From positions 269 to 64,268 of the forward strand of contig QOQA01000003.1 in the NCBI GenBank assembly GCA_003331875.1: 64,000 nucleotides of DNA, read 5' to 3'. Both the position numbers and the translations under genes were made by a program. The stretch's first letter is position 1, and each line of letters starts with the position of its first letter. This document shows positions 38,716 through 50,368 of the stretch, piece by piece. The stretch comes from Cryomorphaceae bacterium. GTDB lineage: Bacteria; Bacteroidota; Bacteroidia; Flavobacteriales; Flavobacteriaceae. The notes under the pieces were generated by a model. The model saw only the letters and a program-made list of their open reading frames with translations, had not been told where the DNA came from and did no database searches.

Positions 38716-41544
38716 TTATTTAACTGAAAACCTTAGATCTTGATTATCTACTTTTAAAATATACTCTCCCTTGCTTAAATATCTATTTCTGTCATCAGAA
38801 ACTTTAGATTTAAATCCTATTTTTTTTAAGTATTTGCTACTTAGTTTTTTATCAATTACCATAGGGATTTTAATTTTATTAAATCCTTGGTCAGTATTAA
38901 AATTACCTTGATTCAAGACCTTATAGTTTTCATTTAAAATTTCAAACTCAAAATTCTTATTTTTTGAGCTGAACAGATCAATTACAAGATTTATGTCAAA
39001 TGTTTCAGAAGAATAAATCATTTTATTTCCCCATGAATTAGAAAACTTTATTTCATTAATATTTAAAAAAGAAATAATATTTTGATTACTTGAGGCCTCC
39101 AAATATTTGGAGAATAAATCTAATTCTATTTTATAAATTGATCTACCGTGGGTTCCAATAACTAACTCATTTGTCCCCTCGTGTATAACTAAATCGTGAA
39201 TTGCTACCCTAGGAAAATTAGATGAAAAAGCATGCCAATCTAACCCACGATTTAAGGAAATAAAGAGTCCATTATCAGTACCTACGTAAAGTATATTCTC
39301 ATTATTAATATCTTCTTTAATAACATTTATAGGTGACAGTGGAAGATTAGCATAAATTTCTTTCCAAGAAATCCCATTATCATCGCTTACATATAGATAT
39401 GGTTTAAAGTCATTTTTTCTGTATCCATTAAGCGATAAGTAAACTCTGCTTTGATTGTGTTTAGAAAAAATTACTCTACTAACCCACAAGTTTGAAGGCA
39501 AATTATTAGAAATATTTTCCCAAGAATCACCAGAGTTTAGTGTTAAAAATACATTTCCATCATCACTTCCGATAACAATTTTACCAAAGGTAAAAAGAGA
39601 CTCATCAATACAAGTTAGTGTTCCGTATGGTACGTTTCCTTTTATACCACCCTTCGTTAAATCATTTGAGATATCGCTCCAACTGTCTCCTTTATTAAAA
39701 GATCTGTGTAACTTATTACTACCAAAGTAAATTATATCCTGATTGTGTGGAGATATCAATATAGGGGTTTGCCAATTAAATCTTAAAGGAGATTGTCCAA
39801 GCTTATGTCTTGGCTTTATAACCCTCCTTGTTCCTTCGCTTATATTTAATCTGTAATAATTACCAAATTGTAAGCCTGTATACACAATGTTATTATCACG
39901 ATTATCAATTTGTATTTGCATACCATCACCACCCATAATTTTTGTCCAGTTATTATGTCCAGATTCATGCCAATAAGGTGACTCAAAAGAGTTATTCTTT
40001 GCCATCCAAACACCATTATCTTGCAAGCCTCCATAAACATTATAAGGATCTGCATTATCAACATTAATTGAGTAAAACTGTCCAACAGACGGTTGATTTA
40101 GCTTCATCCAATTTACACCTTGATCATACGAAATATTAACACCCCCGTCATTTCCTAAAACTAAATGATCTGTGTTTTTAGGATTAATCCATAGATCATG
40201 GTGGTCAACATGGACATTACTTGCTCCAATTCTCACATAGGTTTTGCCAGAATCATTTGATTTTAAAATAGGTACACCATATATGTATATTTGTTCCGAA
40301 TCAATGGGTGATACGTGAATTCTTCCAAAATAATATCCATAACTATTATAAACAGCGTCAAGATATTCTTCATTTTGCTTCTTCCATGTTGTACCCCCAT
40401 CGACTGATTTGTAAACCTCTGCTCCTATGACTGGTGTATCAAATAACTCAGCATTTGCATCAGTTAAAAATTTATAAACATCGCTTGGTTTTAACTCCCC
40501 AGACTCTATCTTAGACTTTAATAACTCAGAATTTAATTCATTTTGAAATCTATTTTGCTTAATGAATAAATTAAGCTCTTTATTATCCAAACTCATAAAA
40601 TCTTGTTTGGTCATGTCTTTAAAGTCTAATCTTTGAATTCCTTCAGTTTTTTTCTCGCCTTTCCTTCTAAATTGATTGTCTAATACAGCATATATAATAT
40701 TTGAATCATAAATTGCCAAACCAATTCTACCAACACCATTTCCAGTTGGGAATCCAGAGGTTTGTGTTGTGATCTTTTTCCAAATTTTTCCACCATCAAC
40801 TGTTTTGTAAATAGCGGAGCTTTCTCCGCTTCCAATAAAGTTCCATTCAGTTCGACTTCTTTCCCAGAACGCAGCATACTGAATTTCAAAATTATAAGGA
40901 TCATAAACTAAATCAATTGCGCCTGTATTGTCATTTATATAAAGTGATTGTGCCCATGTTTTTCCTCCGTCAAAAGAGTTAAATATGCCCCTTTGCAAAT
41001 TATTTGAATAGAGGTGGCCAATGGCAGCAATAACAATGTGTTGATTATCATTTGGATTAATGATTATTCGACTAATATGATGAGTATCTCTTAAGCCAAT
41101 ATTTTCCCAATTTTTTCCATTATCAAGAGATTTTAAAACACCAATTCCTGGATATGAAGATCTTGATGAATTACTTTCACCTGTTCCAACGTAAATTGCT
41201 CCAGAGCCCCAATCAACTGCGAAATCACCAATATTTTGTGTCATACTATTGTCCATTATTGGACTAAAAGTGGTGCCATTATTTTTTGTGTGCCACAAAC
41301 CTCCCGAAGCATAAGCAACGTAAAACTCAGTGGGATTGTTAGGGTTTACCTCCAGGTCTGTGACCCTGCCGCTCATTACACTTGGACCAATATTAGTCAC
41401 TTCAATATTTTTTACAATTGAGCTTCTTAGTTGTTCTTCATAATTATTTTCAGATATTTCGATTGATCTAGCTGATGTAAAATTGTTTTGAGAATAAGAA
41501 AGTAAAGAAAATATAAAGAAGATTAGTGTTAAATTTTTCATCAT
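38716..41544 (-). CDS. Secreted sortilin/VPS10-like BNR (Asp-box) repeat protein
   Basis: Signal peptide and about 10 SxDxGxTW-like Asp-boxes (SLDNGKNW, SFDGGKTW, TVDGGKIW, SVDGGTTW, SYDQGVNW, SDDNGISW and others). Confidence 0.85.
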   Translation of the reverse strand: MMKNLTLIFFIFSLLSYSQNNFTSARSIEISENNYEEQLRSSIVKNIEVTNIGPSVMSGRVTDLEVNPNNPTEFYVAYASGGLWHTKNNGTTFSPIMDNSMTQNIGDFAVDWGSGAIYVGTGESNSSRSSYPGIGVLKSLDNGKNWENIGLRDTHHISRIIINPNDNQHIVIAAIGHLYSNNLQRGIFNSFDGGKTWAQSLYINDNTGAIDLVYDPYNFEIQYAAFWERSRTEWNFIGSGESSAIYKTVDGGKIWKKITTQTSGFPTGNGVGRIGLAIYDSNIIYAVLDNQFRRKGEKKTEGIQRLDFKDMTKQDFMSLDNKELNLFIKQNRFQNELNSELLKSKIESGELKPSDVYKFLTDANAELFDTPVIGAEVYKSVDGGTTWKKQNEEYLDAVYNSYGYYFGRIHVSPIDSEQIYIYGVPILKSNDSGKTYVRIGASNVHVDHHDLWINPKNTDHLVLGNDGGVNISYDQGVNWMKLNQPSVGQFYSINVDNADPYNVYGGLQDNGVWMAKNNSFESPYWHESGHNNWTKIMGGDGMQIQIDNRDNNIVYTGLQFGNYYRLNISEGTRRVIKPRHKLGQSPLRFNWQTPILISPHNQDIIYFGSNKLHRSFNKGDSWSDISNDLTKGGIKGNVPYGTLTCIDESLFTFGKIVIGSDDGNVFLTLNSGDSWENISNNLPSNLWVSRVIFSKHNQSRVYLSLNGYRKNDFKPYLYVSDDNGISWKEIYANLPLSPINVIKEDINNENILYVGTDNGLFISLNRGLDWHAFSSNFPRVAIHDLVIHEGTNELVIGTHGRSIYKIELDLFSKYLEASSNQNIISFLNINEIKFSNSWGNKMIYSSETFDINLVIDLFSSKNKNFEFEILNENYKVLNQGNFNTDQGFNKIKIPMVIDKKLSSKYLKKIGFKSKVSDDRNRYLSKGEYILKVDNQDLRFSVK

Positions 41545-41579
41545 TTTAATTTGTTAAATTTGATTGATATCATACTACA

Positions 41580-42872
41580 ATGAAATACGAGAAAATTGAT
41601 ACCAATCTTTTTATTAAAAATCGCAAAAATTTTGTTAATAAACTAGAACAAAAAAGTATCGCATTTTTCAACTCAAATGATATCTATCCAATTAGTGCAG
41701 ATTCAACTCTTCCATTTGACCAACACAGGGATATTTTTTATTTAAGCGGTATTGATCAAGAGGAAAGCATATTAATCCTGTTTCCTGATTCAAAAAATAT
41801 AAGATATAAAGAAATGCTGTTTATAAGAGAAACAAATGAGCATATTACACACTGGGAGGGAGAAAAGTTAACGAAGGAACAGGCTAAAAATATCTCTGGA
41901 ATTAATAATATTTATTGGCTAAGTGAATTTGATGATATTTTAAGTGATGTATTAAAAAAAGCTGATTTTGTTTATATAAATACAAATGAACATTACAGAC
42001 AAAATGTTCAGACCCAAACGAGAGAAGACAGGTTTATTAATAAATTAAAAAATATCGGTGGGCTTAATTTTAAAAAAAGTAACCCCATACTTCAAAAACA
42101 AAGATCTATTAAAGATAATATTGAGATAGAACTAATTAAAACTGCATGTGAAATAACTAAAATGGGGTTTTTAAGAGTTTTAAACTTTATAAAACCTGGT
42201 GTTTGGGAGTATGAAATTGAAGCTGAATTCTCTCATGAATTTTTAAAAAATAGGTCTAGAAAATTCGCATATACGCCGATTATTGCATCTGGAAGAAATT
42301 CAAATTTTTTACATTATATATACAATAACAAGCAATGTTTATATGGCGAAATAGTATTAATGGATGTAGCAGCTGAATATGCAAACTACTCCTCCGACAT
42401 GACAAGAACTGTACCTGTTAATGGTAAATTTAGTGAAAGGCAAAAAACTATTTACAATGCTGTACTAAACGTAAAAAATGAAGCAACAAAATTGCTCAGA
42501 CCTGGTGTACTATGGCAGGAGTATCATATTGAAGTTGGTAAAATTATGACTTCTGAACTGCTAAAAATTAAATTATTAGACAAGTCTGATATTCAAAGTG
42601 AAACAAAAAAAACACCTGCGTACAAAAAATATTTTAGCCATGGAACATCCCATCATTTGGGTTTAGATACTCACGACTATTGTGATTTAAAAATACCTAT
42701 GGAAAAAAACATGGTTTTTACAGTTGAGCCTGGAATATACATTAAAGAAGAGGATTTTGGTATCAGATTAGAGGATGATGTCGTTCTAAATGATAATGGT
42801 GATCCAACTAATCTTATGAGCAATATCCCTATAGAAATTGATCATATTGAAGACATAATGAATTCAAAATGA
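41580..42872 (+). CDS. pepP: Xaa-Pro aminopeptidase (M24B family)
   Basis: Creatinase-like N-domain plus M24 motifs (VLMDVAAEY, HGTSHHLGLDTHD, VEPGIY, IRLEDDV). Confidence 0.9.
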   Translation: MKYEKIDTNLFIKNRKNFVNKLEQKSIAFFNSNDIYPISADSTLPFDQHRDIFYLSGIDQEESILILFPDSKNIRYKEMLFIRETNEHITHWEGEKLTKEQAKNISGINNIYWLSEFDDILSDVLKKADFVYINTNEHYRQNVQTQTREDRFINKLKNIGGLNFKKSNPILQKQRSIKDNIEIELIKTACEITKMGFLRVLNFIKPGVWEYEIEAEFSHEFLKNRSRKFAYTPIIASGRNSNFLHYIYNNKQCLYGEIVLMDVAAEYANYSSDMTRTVPVNGKFSERQKTIYNAVLNVKNEATKLLRPGVLWQEYHIEVGKIMTSELLKIKLLDKSDIQSETKKTPAYKKYFSHGTSHHLGLDTHDYCDLKIPMEKNMVFTVEPGIYIKEEDFGIRLEDDVVLNDNGDPTNLMSNIPIEIDHIEDIMNSK

Positions 42873-43922
42873 TTTCCATCCCAAAGACTTGATTTCAGAT
42901 TTAGAACCATTACCTAAATCTAAATATATTTTTTTATCATTTGTTATGTGACCAATAACATGTAAATCTAAATCACTCTTTTCAATTTTTTCATAATCAC
43001 TAGAATTAATAGTAAACAAGATTTCATAATCCTCTCCTCCTGACATGATAACTGAGATTGGATCTAAATTAAATTCATTACATACTTTTAGTAAGGACTG
43101 ATCTTTATAAATTTTATCAGAATATAACACGCATCCTTTTTCTGAATTATTACACAAATGAATAATCTCAGATGATAAACCATCACTTATATCAATCATT
43201 GATGTTGGAGTGATTGAATTTTTATCCAGAAAATTAATCAGGTCTGTTCTTGCTTCGGGTTTAAGTTGACGCTCAACCAATTCTTTGTAAGGTTCTAAAT
43301 CTGGCTTACTATTAGGGTTGACAAGAAACACTTGTTTTTCTCTTTCTAAAATTTGTAACCCAAGATAAGCCAATCCTAACTTACCAGAACAAACAATTAA
43401 ATCATTATTATTAGCTCCTGATCTTTTACAGATCTTTTTTTGATCTACAACACCAATTGATGTAACAGAAATAATTAAGCCTTTTTGAGACGAAGTAGTA
43501 TCTCCTCCGACCAAATCAACTTGATACCTTTTACATGCTAAATTAATACCATCATAAAGCTCATCTAAAGATTCAAGTTTGAATCTATTTGACACTGCAA
43601 CTGAGACCGTAATTTGCTGACATGTTCCATTCATAGCGCATATATCAGAAATATTACAAACAACAGCTTTATAGCCCAAATGTTTTAAGGGAAAATAACT
43701 TAAATCAAAGTGTATACCTTCGACTAACATGTCAGTGGATATTAAAGAATATAGATTTGGAATTTTTAATACTGCAGAATCATCTCCAATACCAACAATA
43801 GTTGAATTATTATATTTCTTGACATTCTTTCTTATGTGTTCAATAAATCCAAATTCACCCAATGAGGAAAGATCAGTTAGATTCTGATTTTTATTATTTG
43901 ATTTTTCTTTTTTGTGGTCCAT
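42864..43922 (-). CDS. thiL: Thiamine-monophosphate kinase
   Basis: IGDDSAVL, MLVEGIHFDL, GGDT. AIR-synthase-like fold, with a 9-nt convergent overlap with pepP. Confidence 0.9.
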   Translation of the reverse strand: MDHKKEKSNNKNQNLTDLSSLGEFGFIEHIRKNVKKYNNSTIVGIGDDSAVLKIPNLYSLISTDMLVEGIHFDLSYFPLKHLGYKAVVCNISDICAMNGTCQQITVSVAVSNRFKLESLDELYDGINLACKRYQVDLVGGDTTSSQKGLIISVTSIGVVDQKKICKRSGANNNDLIVCSGKLGLAYLGLQILEREKQVFLVNPNSKPDLEPYKELVERQLKPEARTDLINFLDKNSITPTSMIDISDGLSSEIIHLCNNSEKGCVLYSDKIYKDQSLLKVCNEFNLDPISVIMSGGEDYEILFTINSSDYEKIEKSDLDLHVIGHITNDKKIYLDLGNGSKSEIKSLGWKSF

Positions 43923-43989
43923 ATTTTGTATAAAGAATACTTCAAATTTAGATTAATAAATATTTTTTAAAGGATTATATTTGCAAAAT

Positions 43990-44319
43990 ATGATTGAGGT
44001 AGACAAGACAGCAAAAGAAGAGGTTAGCAAACTAATGGAATCAGACGGGTACAATCCATCACAAGACTTCATTCGCGTTGGCGTTAAGAGTGGTGGTTGC
44101 TCTGGTTTATCATATGAATTGAAATTTGATAAATCTGCCAACGATGATGATAAGGTTTTTGAAAATAATGGTATAAAAATTGCCGTAGATAAAAAAAGTT
44201 TTTTGTACTTGATTGGAACAACATTAGAGTATCACGGAGGATTGAATGGAAAAGGTTTTATTTTTAGGAACCCAAATGCAAATAGAACCTGTGGTTGTGG
44301 AGAAAGCTTTTCTTTATAA
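43990..44319 (+). CDS. sufA: Iron-sulfur cluster insertion/A-type carrier protein (HesB/IscA/SufA family)
   Basis: GGCSGLSY and a C-terminal CGCGESF. First gene of the suf cluster. Confidence 0.9.
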   Translation: MIEVDKTAKEEVSKLMESDGYNPSQDFIRVGVKSGGCSGLSYELKFDKSANDDDKVFENNGIKIAVDKKSFLYLIGTTLEYHGGLNGKGFIFRNPNANRTCGCGESFSL

Positions 44320-44328
44320 ATTATTATT

Positions 44329-45774
44329 ATGGCCTATACAGAAGAAGAATTAAAAAAAGAATTAGAAAATCAGGAATATCAATATGGTTTTACAACTGAT
44401 ATTGAGTCAGAAACATTTCCTGTTGGATTAAATGAAGATATAGTAAGATCCATTTCTAAAAAGAAAAATGAACCTGAATGGATGACTGAGTGGCGGCTAG
44501 AAGCTTATTCAGCATGGAAAAATATGGAAGAGCCAAATTGGCATAATGTAAATTATAAAAAACCTGATTTTCAAAAAATTTCATATTACTCAGCTCCTAA
44601 AACAAAAAATAATCTTAAAAGCCTTGACGAGGTTGATCCTGAACTAATCAAGACTTTCAATAAATTGGGGATTTCAACTGAAGAACAAAAAAAGCTGTCT
44701 GGTGTAGCCGTTGATATTGTAATGGATTCAGTGTCTGTAGCTACAACTTTTAGAGAAACACTAGCAGAAAAAGGAATAATATTTTGCTCTATTTCTGAAG
44801 CTATAAAAGATTATCCAGAGCTTGTAAAAAAATATATTGGTAAAGTTATTCCTAGAAAAGATAATTATTATGCAGCACTAAATTCAGCTGTTTTTTCCGA
44901 TGGATCTTTTTGTTATATACCCAAAGGTGTTAGGTGTCCAATGGAATTATCAACTTATTTTAGAATTAACCAGGCAGGTACTGGTCAATTTGAAAGAACT
45001 TTAGTGATTGCAGATGAAGGGAGTTATGTCAGTTACTTGGAAGGCTGTACTGCACCTAGCAGAGATGAAAATCAATTGCATGCAGCTGTAGTAGAATTAA
45101 TTGCAATGGATAATGCTGAAATAAAATATTCCACAGTTCAAAATTGGTATCCTGGGAATAAACAAGGTAAAGGCGGCGTTTTTAATTTTGTAACAAAAAG
45201 AGGTTTATGTAATAGAAACGCAAAAATATCTTGGACTCAAGTAGAAACTGGTTCAGCTGTTACATGGAAATACCCATCATGCATTTTAAGAGGTGACAAT
45301 AGTGTTGGAGAATTTTATTCAATTGCTGTAACTAACAATTATCAACAGGCAGATACAGGTACTAAGATGATCCACATAGGGAAAAACACAAAAAGTACTA
45401 TTATTTCTAAAGGGATTTCTGCTGGAAAATCCCAAAATAGCTATCGTGGTCTAGTGCAAGTTGGAAAAAGAGCATCAAATGCTAGAAATTTTTCACAATG
45501 TGATTCTTTATTAATGGGTAACAAATGTGGTGCACATACATTTCCATATATTGAAGTCAAGAATAAATCAGCTCAAATTGAACATGAAGCAACTACTAGT
45601 AAAATCGGGGAGGATCAACTTTTTTATTGCAATCAAAGAGGAATTGATACTGAAAAAGCTATTGCATTAATTGTAAATGGCTTTAGCAAAGAGGTCTTAA
45701 ACAAACTTCCTATGGAATTTGCAGTTGAGGCTCAAAAATTACTTGAAATTTCATTGGAGGGATCAGTCGGTTAA
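44329..45774 (+). CDS. sufB: Fe-S cluster assembly protein SufB
   Basis: 481 aa, typical SufB ([23 protein letters not shown]). Confidence 0.96.
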   Translation: MAYTEEELKKELENQEYQYGFTTDIESETFPVGLNEDIVRSISKKKNEPEWMTEWRLEAYSAWKNMEEPNWHNVNYKKPDFQKISYYSAPKTKNNLKSLDEVDPELIKTFNKLGISTEEQKKLSGVAVDIVMDSVSVATTFRETLAEKGIIFCSISEAIKDYPELVKKYIGKVIPRKDNYYAALNSAVFSDGSFCYIPKGVRCPMELSTYFRINQAGTGQFERTLVIADEGSYVSYLEGCTAPSRDENQLHAAVVELIAMDNAEIKYSTVQNWYPGNKQGKGGVFNFVTKRGLCNRNAKISWTQVETGSAVTWKYPSCILRGDNSVGEFYSIAVTNNYQQADTGTKMIHIGKNTKSTIISKGISAGKSQNSYRGLVQVGKRASNARNFSQCDSLLMGNKCGAHTFPYIEVKNKSAQIEHEATTSKIGEDQLFYCNQRGIDTEKAIALIVNGFSKEVLNKLPMEFAVEAQKLLEISLEGSVG

Positions 45775-45783
45775 AACTTTATT

Positions 45784-46518
45784 ATGTTAAAAATTGAAAA
45801 TTTACATGTTAGTATTGAAGGCAAAGAAATTTTAAAAGGTTTGTCATTGGATGTCAAGCCTGGTGAAATTCATGCTATTATGGGTCCAAATGGTTCAGGG
45901 AAGAGTACTCTATCATCTGTTATTGCAGGTAATGAGGACTATGAAGTTGTAAAAGGAAACATTTTTTATAATGGTGAAAATATTGAGGATCTTTCAGCAG
46001 ATGAAAGAGCAAATAGAGGTATTTTTATGTCATTCCAGTATCCAGTTGCAATTCCAGGAATTACCGTTACCAATTTCATTAAGACAGCTATAAATTCCAA
46101 TCTAAAAGCACGAGGTGAAAAGGAAATGCCTGCTGGAGAGATGCTCAAAAAGATAAGAGAAAAATCAAAATTATTGGAGATTGATTCAAAATTTCTATCT
46201 AGATCCCTAAATGAAGGATTCTCAGGTGGAGAAAAGAAAAGAAATGAGATATTTCAGATGGCAATGTTAGAACCCAATCTTGCAATACTCGACGAAACCG
46301 ACTCAGGACTAGATATCGATGCATTAAAGGTTGTTGCAAATGGTGTAAATAAATTGAAAAATGATGATAATGCTATTGTCATAATCACGCATTATCAACG
46401 ACTACTGGACTATATAACACCAGACTTTGTTCATGTTCTTCAGCAAGGAAAGATTTCCAAATCAGGAGACAAATCTTTGGCCCTTGAATTAGAGGAAAAA
46501 GGATATGATTGGATTTAA
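45784..46518 (+). CDS. sufC: Fe-S cluster assembly ATPase SufC
   Basis: Walker A GPNGSGKST, signature FSGGEKKR, Walker B ILDETDSGLD. Confidence 0.96.
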   Translation: MLKIENLHVSIEGKEILKGLSLDVKPGEIHAIMGPNGSGKSTLSSVIAGNEDYEVVKGNIFYNGENIEDLSADERANRGIFMSFQYPVAIPGITVTNFIKTAINSNLKARGEKEMPAGEMLKKIREKSKLLEIDSKFLSRSLNEGFSGGEKKRNEIFQMAMLEPNLAILDETDSGLDIDALKVVANGVNKLKNDDNAIVIITHYQRLLDYITPDFVHVLQQGKISKSGDKSLALELEEKGYDWI

Positions 46519-46528
46519 TTTTTAAAAT

Positions 46529-47881
46529 ATGTCACTCAAAGAAAAACTAGTTTCTTCATTTCTGGCATTTGAACTTGATACAGATACCAACTCAAAAGTT
46601 CATGAAATTAGATCAAAATCGATCAAAGATTTTGAAAAAATTGGATTTCCACATTCCAAAGATGAATACTGGAAATACACCCCCATAAGAAAAGTTTTGA
46701 ATGAGGAGCTAACAATATTTAAAAAGAAAAGACATCTTCTTAAATTTGATAAAGTAAAAGACTTTTTTTTAGGTGGAATTGAATCCTATAAAATTGTTTT
46801 CATCGACGGAATGTATGATCCGCTATGGTCAAGTACAACTCACGAGGGTGCTGACATTTGTATATTATCTTCCGTTTTGGAGAATAAAAAATATGGTAAT
46901 GTTATATCTAAGTACTACAACAAATTGATTAATGACAAGGAGTCATTTAGTTTGCTAAACAGTTCATTTACAAAAGAAGGAGCCTTTATTCATGTCCCAA
47001 AAAATGTAGAACTTGAAAAGCCCGTTGAAATTGTTCATATCAACTCTGGTGGTGAATCATCATTAATGCTTCAACCAAGAAGTTTGGTTATTCTTGAAAA
47101 AAACTCAAAAGCTCAAATTATTGAAAGTCACTACTCTTTAAATGTTAATGAAAAAATTTACTCTGACAAACATTCAACATGTGTTGATCCCTTAACGAAT
47201 ACTGTAACTGAAATTCATGTTAATGAAAATGCAAAATTGGACTATTATAAAATCCAAAATGATCTTGAAACTACATCAATAATTGACAGCACATACATTG
47301 ATCAAAAAAGTAATAGTGAAGCAAGTTGTCATACTTTTTCTTTTGGAGGAAATCTTGTTCGTAACAATTTAAATTTCTTTCAAAATGGAAAGAATATTAA
47401 TTCCATTCTAAAAGGAATTACAATAATTGGATCTGATCAGCATATAGATCACCATACTTTGGTTCATCACGCAAACCCCAACTGTGAAAGCCATCAAGAT
47501 TATAAAGGTATTTATAATGATAAATCTACTGGTGTGTTCAATGGCCGAGTTCTTGTTGAAAAGGTTGCTCAAAAGATAAACGCATTTCAACAGAACAACA
47601 ATTTGATAATTGGTGATAATGCAACTGTAAATTCCAAGCCGCAACTTGAAATATTTGCCGATGATGTAAAGTGTTCGCATGGCTGTACTATCGGACAAAT
47701 TGATGAAAATGCACTTTTTTATCTAAAAACTAGAGGAATTAATGATAATGACGCAAAAGGACTCCTGACATATGCTTTTGCAAATAGTGTGTTGGAGAAT
47801 GTTGGGATGCAAGTTTTAAAAACCAAAATCAAAAAGATTATTGCAAGAAAAATTGGTGTTAATATTGGCCTTGAATTATGA
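46529..47881 (+). CDS. sufD: Fe-S cluster assembly protein SufD
   Basis: 450 aa with a beta-helix SufD-like C-terminal region (LEIFADDVKCSHGCTIGQ). Confidence 0.93.
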   Translation: MSLKEKLVSSFLAFELDTDTNSKVHEIRSKSIKDFEKIGFPHSKDEYWKYTPIRKVLNEELTIFKKKRHLLKFDKVKDFFLGGIESYKIVFIDGMYDPLWSSTTHEGADICILSSVLENKKYGNVISKYYNKLINDKESFSLLNSSFTKEGAFIHVPKNVELEKPVEIVHINSGGESSLMLQPRSLVILEKNSKAQIIESHYSLNVNEKIYSDKHSTCVDPLTNTVTEIHVNENAKLDYYKIQNDLETTSIIDSTYIDQKSNSEASCHTFSFGGNLVRNNLNFFQNGKNINSILKGITIIGSDQHIDHHTLVHHANPNCESHQDYKGIYNDKSTGVFNGRVLVEKVAQKINAFQQNNNLIIGDNATVNSKPQLEIFADDVKCSHGCTIGQIDENALFYLKTRGINDNDAKGLLTYAFANSVLENVGMQVLKTKIKKIIARKIGVNIGLEL

Positions 47882-49101
47882 ATTTAAGTTTTGACGTTGA
47901 TAGTATAAGACAAGATTTTCCAATTTTGTCAAAAAAAATCCATAATAAACCATTAGTGTATTTTGATAATGCCGCAACATCACAAACTCCAGTTTGTGTA
48001 ATTGATTGTATTAAGGATTATTATGAAAAATATAACTCGAATATTCACAGAGGTGTACATTCTCTGAGTGATGAAGCAACCAATGCGTATGAAAATGCTA
48101 GAAATAAGATAAAAGATCATTTTAATATAAATGAGAGTAAGGAGGTTATTTTTACCTCAGGTACAACTCACTCAATTAATATAGTGTCCAATGGTTTTAG
48201 TAAAATATTAAAAAGAGAAGATGAAATTATTGTATCTGGACTTGAACATCATTCAAATATTGTCCCGTGGCAAATGATGATAAAAAATAACGGAGCTAAA
48301 TTAAGAGTAATTCCTTTGAAAGATAATGGCGAGTTAGATATGGATGAGTTCAGAAATATTTTATCTAATAAAACAAAAATTGTTTTCTTAAATCATGTTT
48401 CAAATGCTTTAGGAATAATCAATCCGATCGAGGAAATTATTGATATTTCACATAAAAACGGTGCTATCGTTCTAATTGATGGCGCGCAAAGTGCCGCCCA
48501 TTTTAAAATTGATTTACAAAAACTAGATGTTGATTTTTTTACAGCTTCAGCTCACAAATTATGTGGACCAACTGGTGTTGGTTTTCTCTACGGTAAGGAA
48601 GAGCTATTATCTAGGCTAGATCCTCTAATGGGGGGTGGTGAAATGATTTCTGACGTAACTTTTTCAAAGACAACATATGCAGATCTTCCCCATAAATTTG
48701 AGGCAGGAACACCAAATATTTCAGGTGTAATTGCTTTTGGTAAAGCGATAGATTATTTAAATGAAATTGGTTTAGATAATATAGAGCAATATGAAAAAAG
48801 TTTACTTGAGTATGCAAATTCTAAATTAAAAGAAATAGATGGCTTAAAAATTTATGGTGACACAAAAAATAAAACCTCGGTAATTTCATTTAATATTGAC
48901 GGAATACATTCCTATGATATAGGATCTATTTTGGATAAATTTGGTATTGCGGTAAGAACAGGTCAACACTGTGCCCAGCCTATAATGGATCATTTTGGGA
49001 TTGATGGGACCGTGAGAGCATCTTTTTCATTTATAAATACAATTGAAGAAATAGACCATTTCTATGAATCTTTGATTAAAGTAAAATCTATGTTAAGTTA
49101 A
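47878..49101 (+). CDS. sufS: Cysteine desulfurase SufS (class V aminotransferase)
   Basis: FDNAATSQ, SAHKLCGPTG (PLP lysine), RTGQHCAQP (catalytic Cys). Confidence 0.95.
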   Translation: MNLSFDVDSIRQDFPILSKKIHNKPLVYFDNAATSQTPVCVIDCIKDYYEKYNSNIHRGVHSLSDEATNAYENARNKIKDHFNINESKEVIFTSGTTHSINIVSNGFSKILKREDEIIVSGLEHHSNIVPWQMMIKNNGAKLRVIPLKDNGELDMDEFRNILSNKTKIVFLNHVSNALGIINPIEEIIDISHKNGAIVLIDGAQSAAHFKIDLQKLDVDFFTASAHKLCGPTGVGFLYGKEELLSRLDPLMGGGEMISDVTFSKTTYADLPHKFEAGTPNISGVIAFGKAIDYLNEIGLDNIEQYEKSLLEYANSKLKEIDGLKIYGDTKNKTSVISFNIDGIHSYDIGSILDKFGIAVRTGQHCAQPIMDHFGIDGTVRASFSFINTIEEIDHFYESLIKVKSMLS

Positions 49102-49117
49102 TTTATAACTTTATAAT

Positions 49118-49534
49118 ATGACGATTGAAAATGCACAAAAAGATATAATTGATAACTTTTTATTTTTTGATGATTGGACTCAAAAATATGAGTACATCAT
49201 TGAGCTTTCAAAAGATCTTGAATCAATGAATAAAGAACTAAAAAGTGAAGATAATTTGATAAAAGGTTGTCAAAGTAAAGTCTGGCTGCATGCTGAGCTA
49301 GTTGATGGTAAAATCAATTTTTTAGCTGACAGTGAAGCAATTATTACAAAAGGTATAATTTCTATACTTTTAAATATTTTTAATAATAGAACACCAAATG
49401 AAATACTTAGCTCTAATATGGACTTTATCGAAAAAATCGGATTAAAGGAGCATTTATCTCCAAATAGAGCCAATGGTCTTTCTTCAATGTATAAGCAAAT
49501 AAAATTTTATGCTATTGCTTTTAGTAAAACTTAA
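49118..49534 (+). CDS. sufE: SufE-like sulfur acceptor protein
   Basis: 138 aa with the LIKGCQSKVWL active-site Cys motif. Confidence 0.9.
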   Translation: MTIENAQKDIIDNFLFFDDWTQKYEYIIELSKDLESMNKELKSEDNLIKGCQSKVWLHAELVDGKINFLADSEAIITKGIISILLNIFNNRTPNEILSSNMDFIEKIGLKEHLSPNRANGLSSMYKQIKFYAIAFSKT

Positions 49535-49537
49535 ATC

Positions 49538-49861
49538 ATGACTAAAAAAATTGATCCAAAAAAATTAGGTGACCTAGTTGTAAAGGTTTTAAAAACTGTT
49601 TATGATCCTGAAATCCCGGTTGATATATATGAACTTGGGTTGATATACGATGTGTTTCTTAATGAAAGTAATGACGTTAAAGTTTTGATGACATTAACAA
49701 CGCCAAATTGCCCAGTTGCTGACTCACTTCCTGAGGAGGTAAAAAATAAGATAAAAGAAATTCCAGAGATTAATGAAGTTGAGATAGAAATGACTTTTGA
49801 TCCACCTTGGTCAAAAGACCTGATGAGTGAAGAGGCTAAACTAGAGCTTGGATTTTTATAA
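49538..49861 (+). CDS. sufT: DUF59/SufT-like Fe-S assembly protein
   Basis: VYDPEIPVDIYELGLIY...TTPNCPVA motif. Confidence 0.88.
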   Translation: MTKKIDPKKLGDLVVKVLKTVYDPEIPVDIYELGLIYDVFLNESNDVKVLMTLTTPNCPVADSLPEEVKNKIKEIPEINEVEIEMTFDPPWSKDLMSEEAKLELGFL

Positions 49862-50368
49862 ATGAAATATGAAATAAAAAATAGAGTTTCTGAAAGCAAG
49901 CTTGTTACTATTGATTTTTATGATTTCTTAAAGGATCTTTCGATTGAAGAATTTGATATTAAACCTTGGTTAAAAGATGATTTAGTTCTGATTGAAAAAG
50001 ACTTCAGAAAAAATGTAAGCAATTTTAATTGGTCCTTACTTAAAGGAAAAAATATTTCAATTATCTGTTCAAATTCTGCAATCATTCCTGATTGGGCATT
50101 TATGTTGGTTAGTTCTGAATTAACAAGATCTGGAATAGAAAATTTTATAGGAAATATAAAATCTTACAAAGAGCATTTAATAAATCTTAAGATTAATGAT
50201 TTTGATTTAAACTCTATTGCAAATAAACCTGTCATAATCAAAGGATGCTCCGACGATAAATTCAGTAAGTTTATTTATTCTCAACTAATACAAAAGATAC
50301 AGGGTGTCGTTTCAAGCATAATGTTTGGAGAAGCATGCTCTTCAGTACCAATTTTCAAAAAAAAATGA
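49862..50368 (+). CDS. DUF2480 family protein
   Basis: NRVSESKLVTIDFYDF...DIKPWL...CSNSAIIPDWAFML pattern and a conserved position after the flavobacterial suf genes. Confidence 0.75.
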   Translation: MKYEIKNRVSESKLVTIDFYDFLKDLSIEEFDIKPWLKDDLVLIEKDFRKNVSNFNWSLLKGKNISIICSNSAIIPDWAFMLVSSELTRSGIENFIGNIKSYKEHLINLKINDFDLNSIANKPVIIKGCSDDKFSKFIYSQLIQKIQGVVSSIMFGEACSSVPIFKKK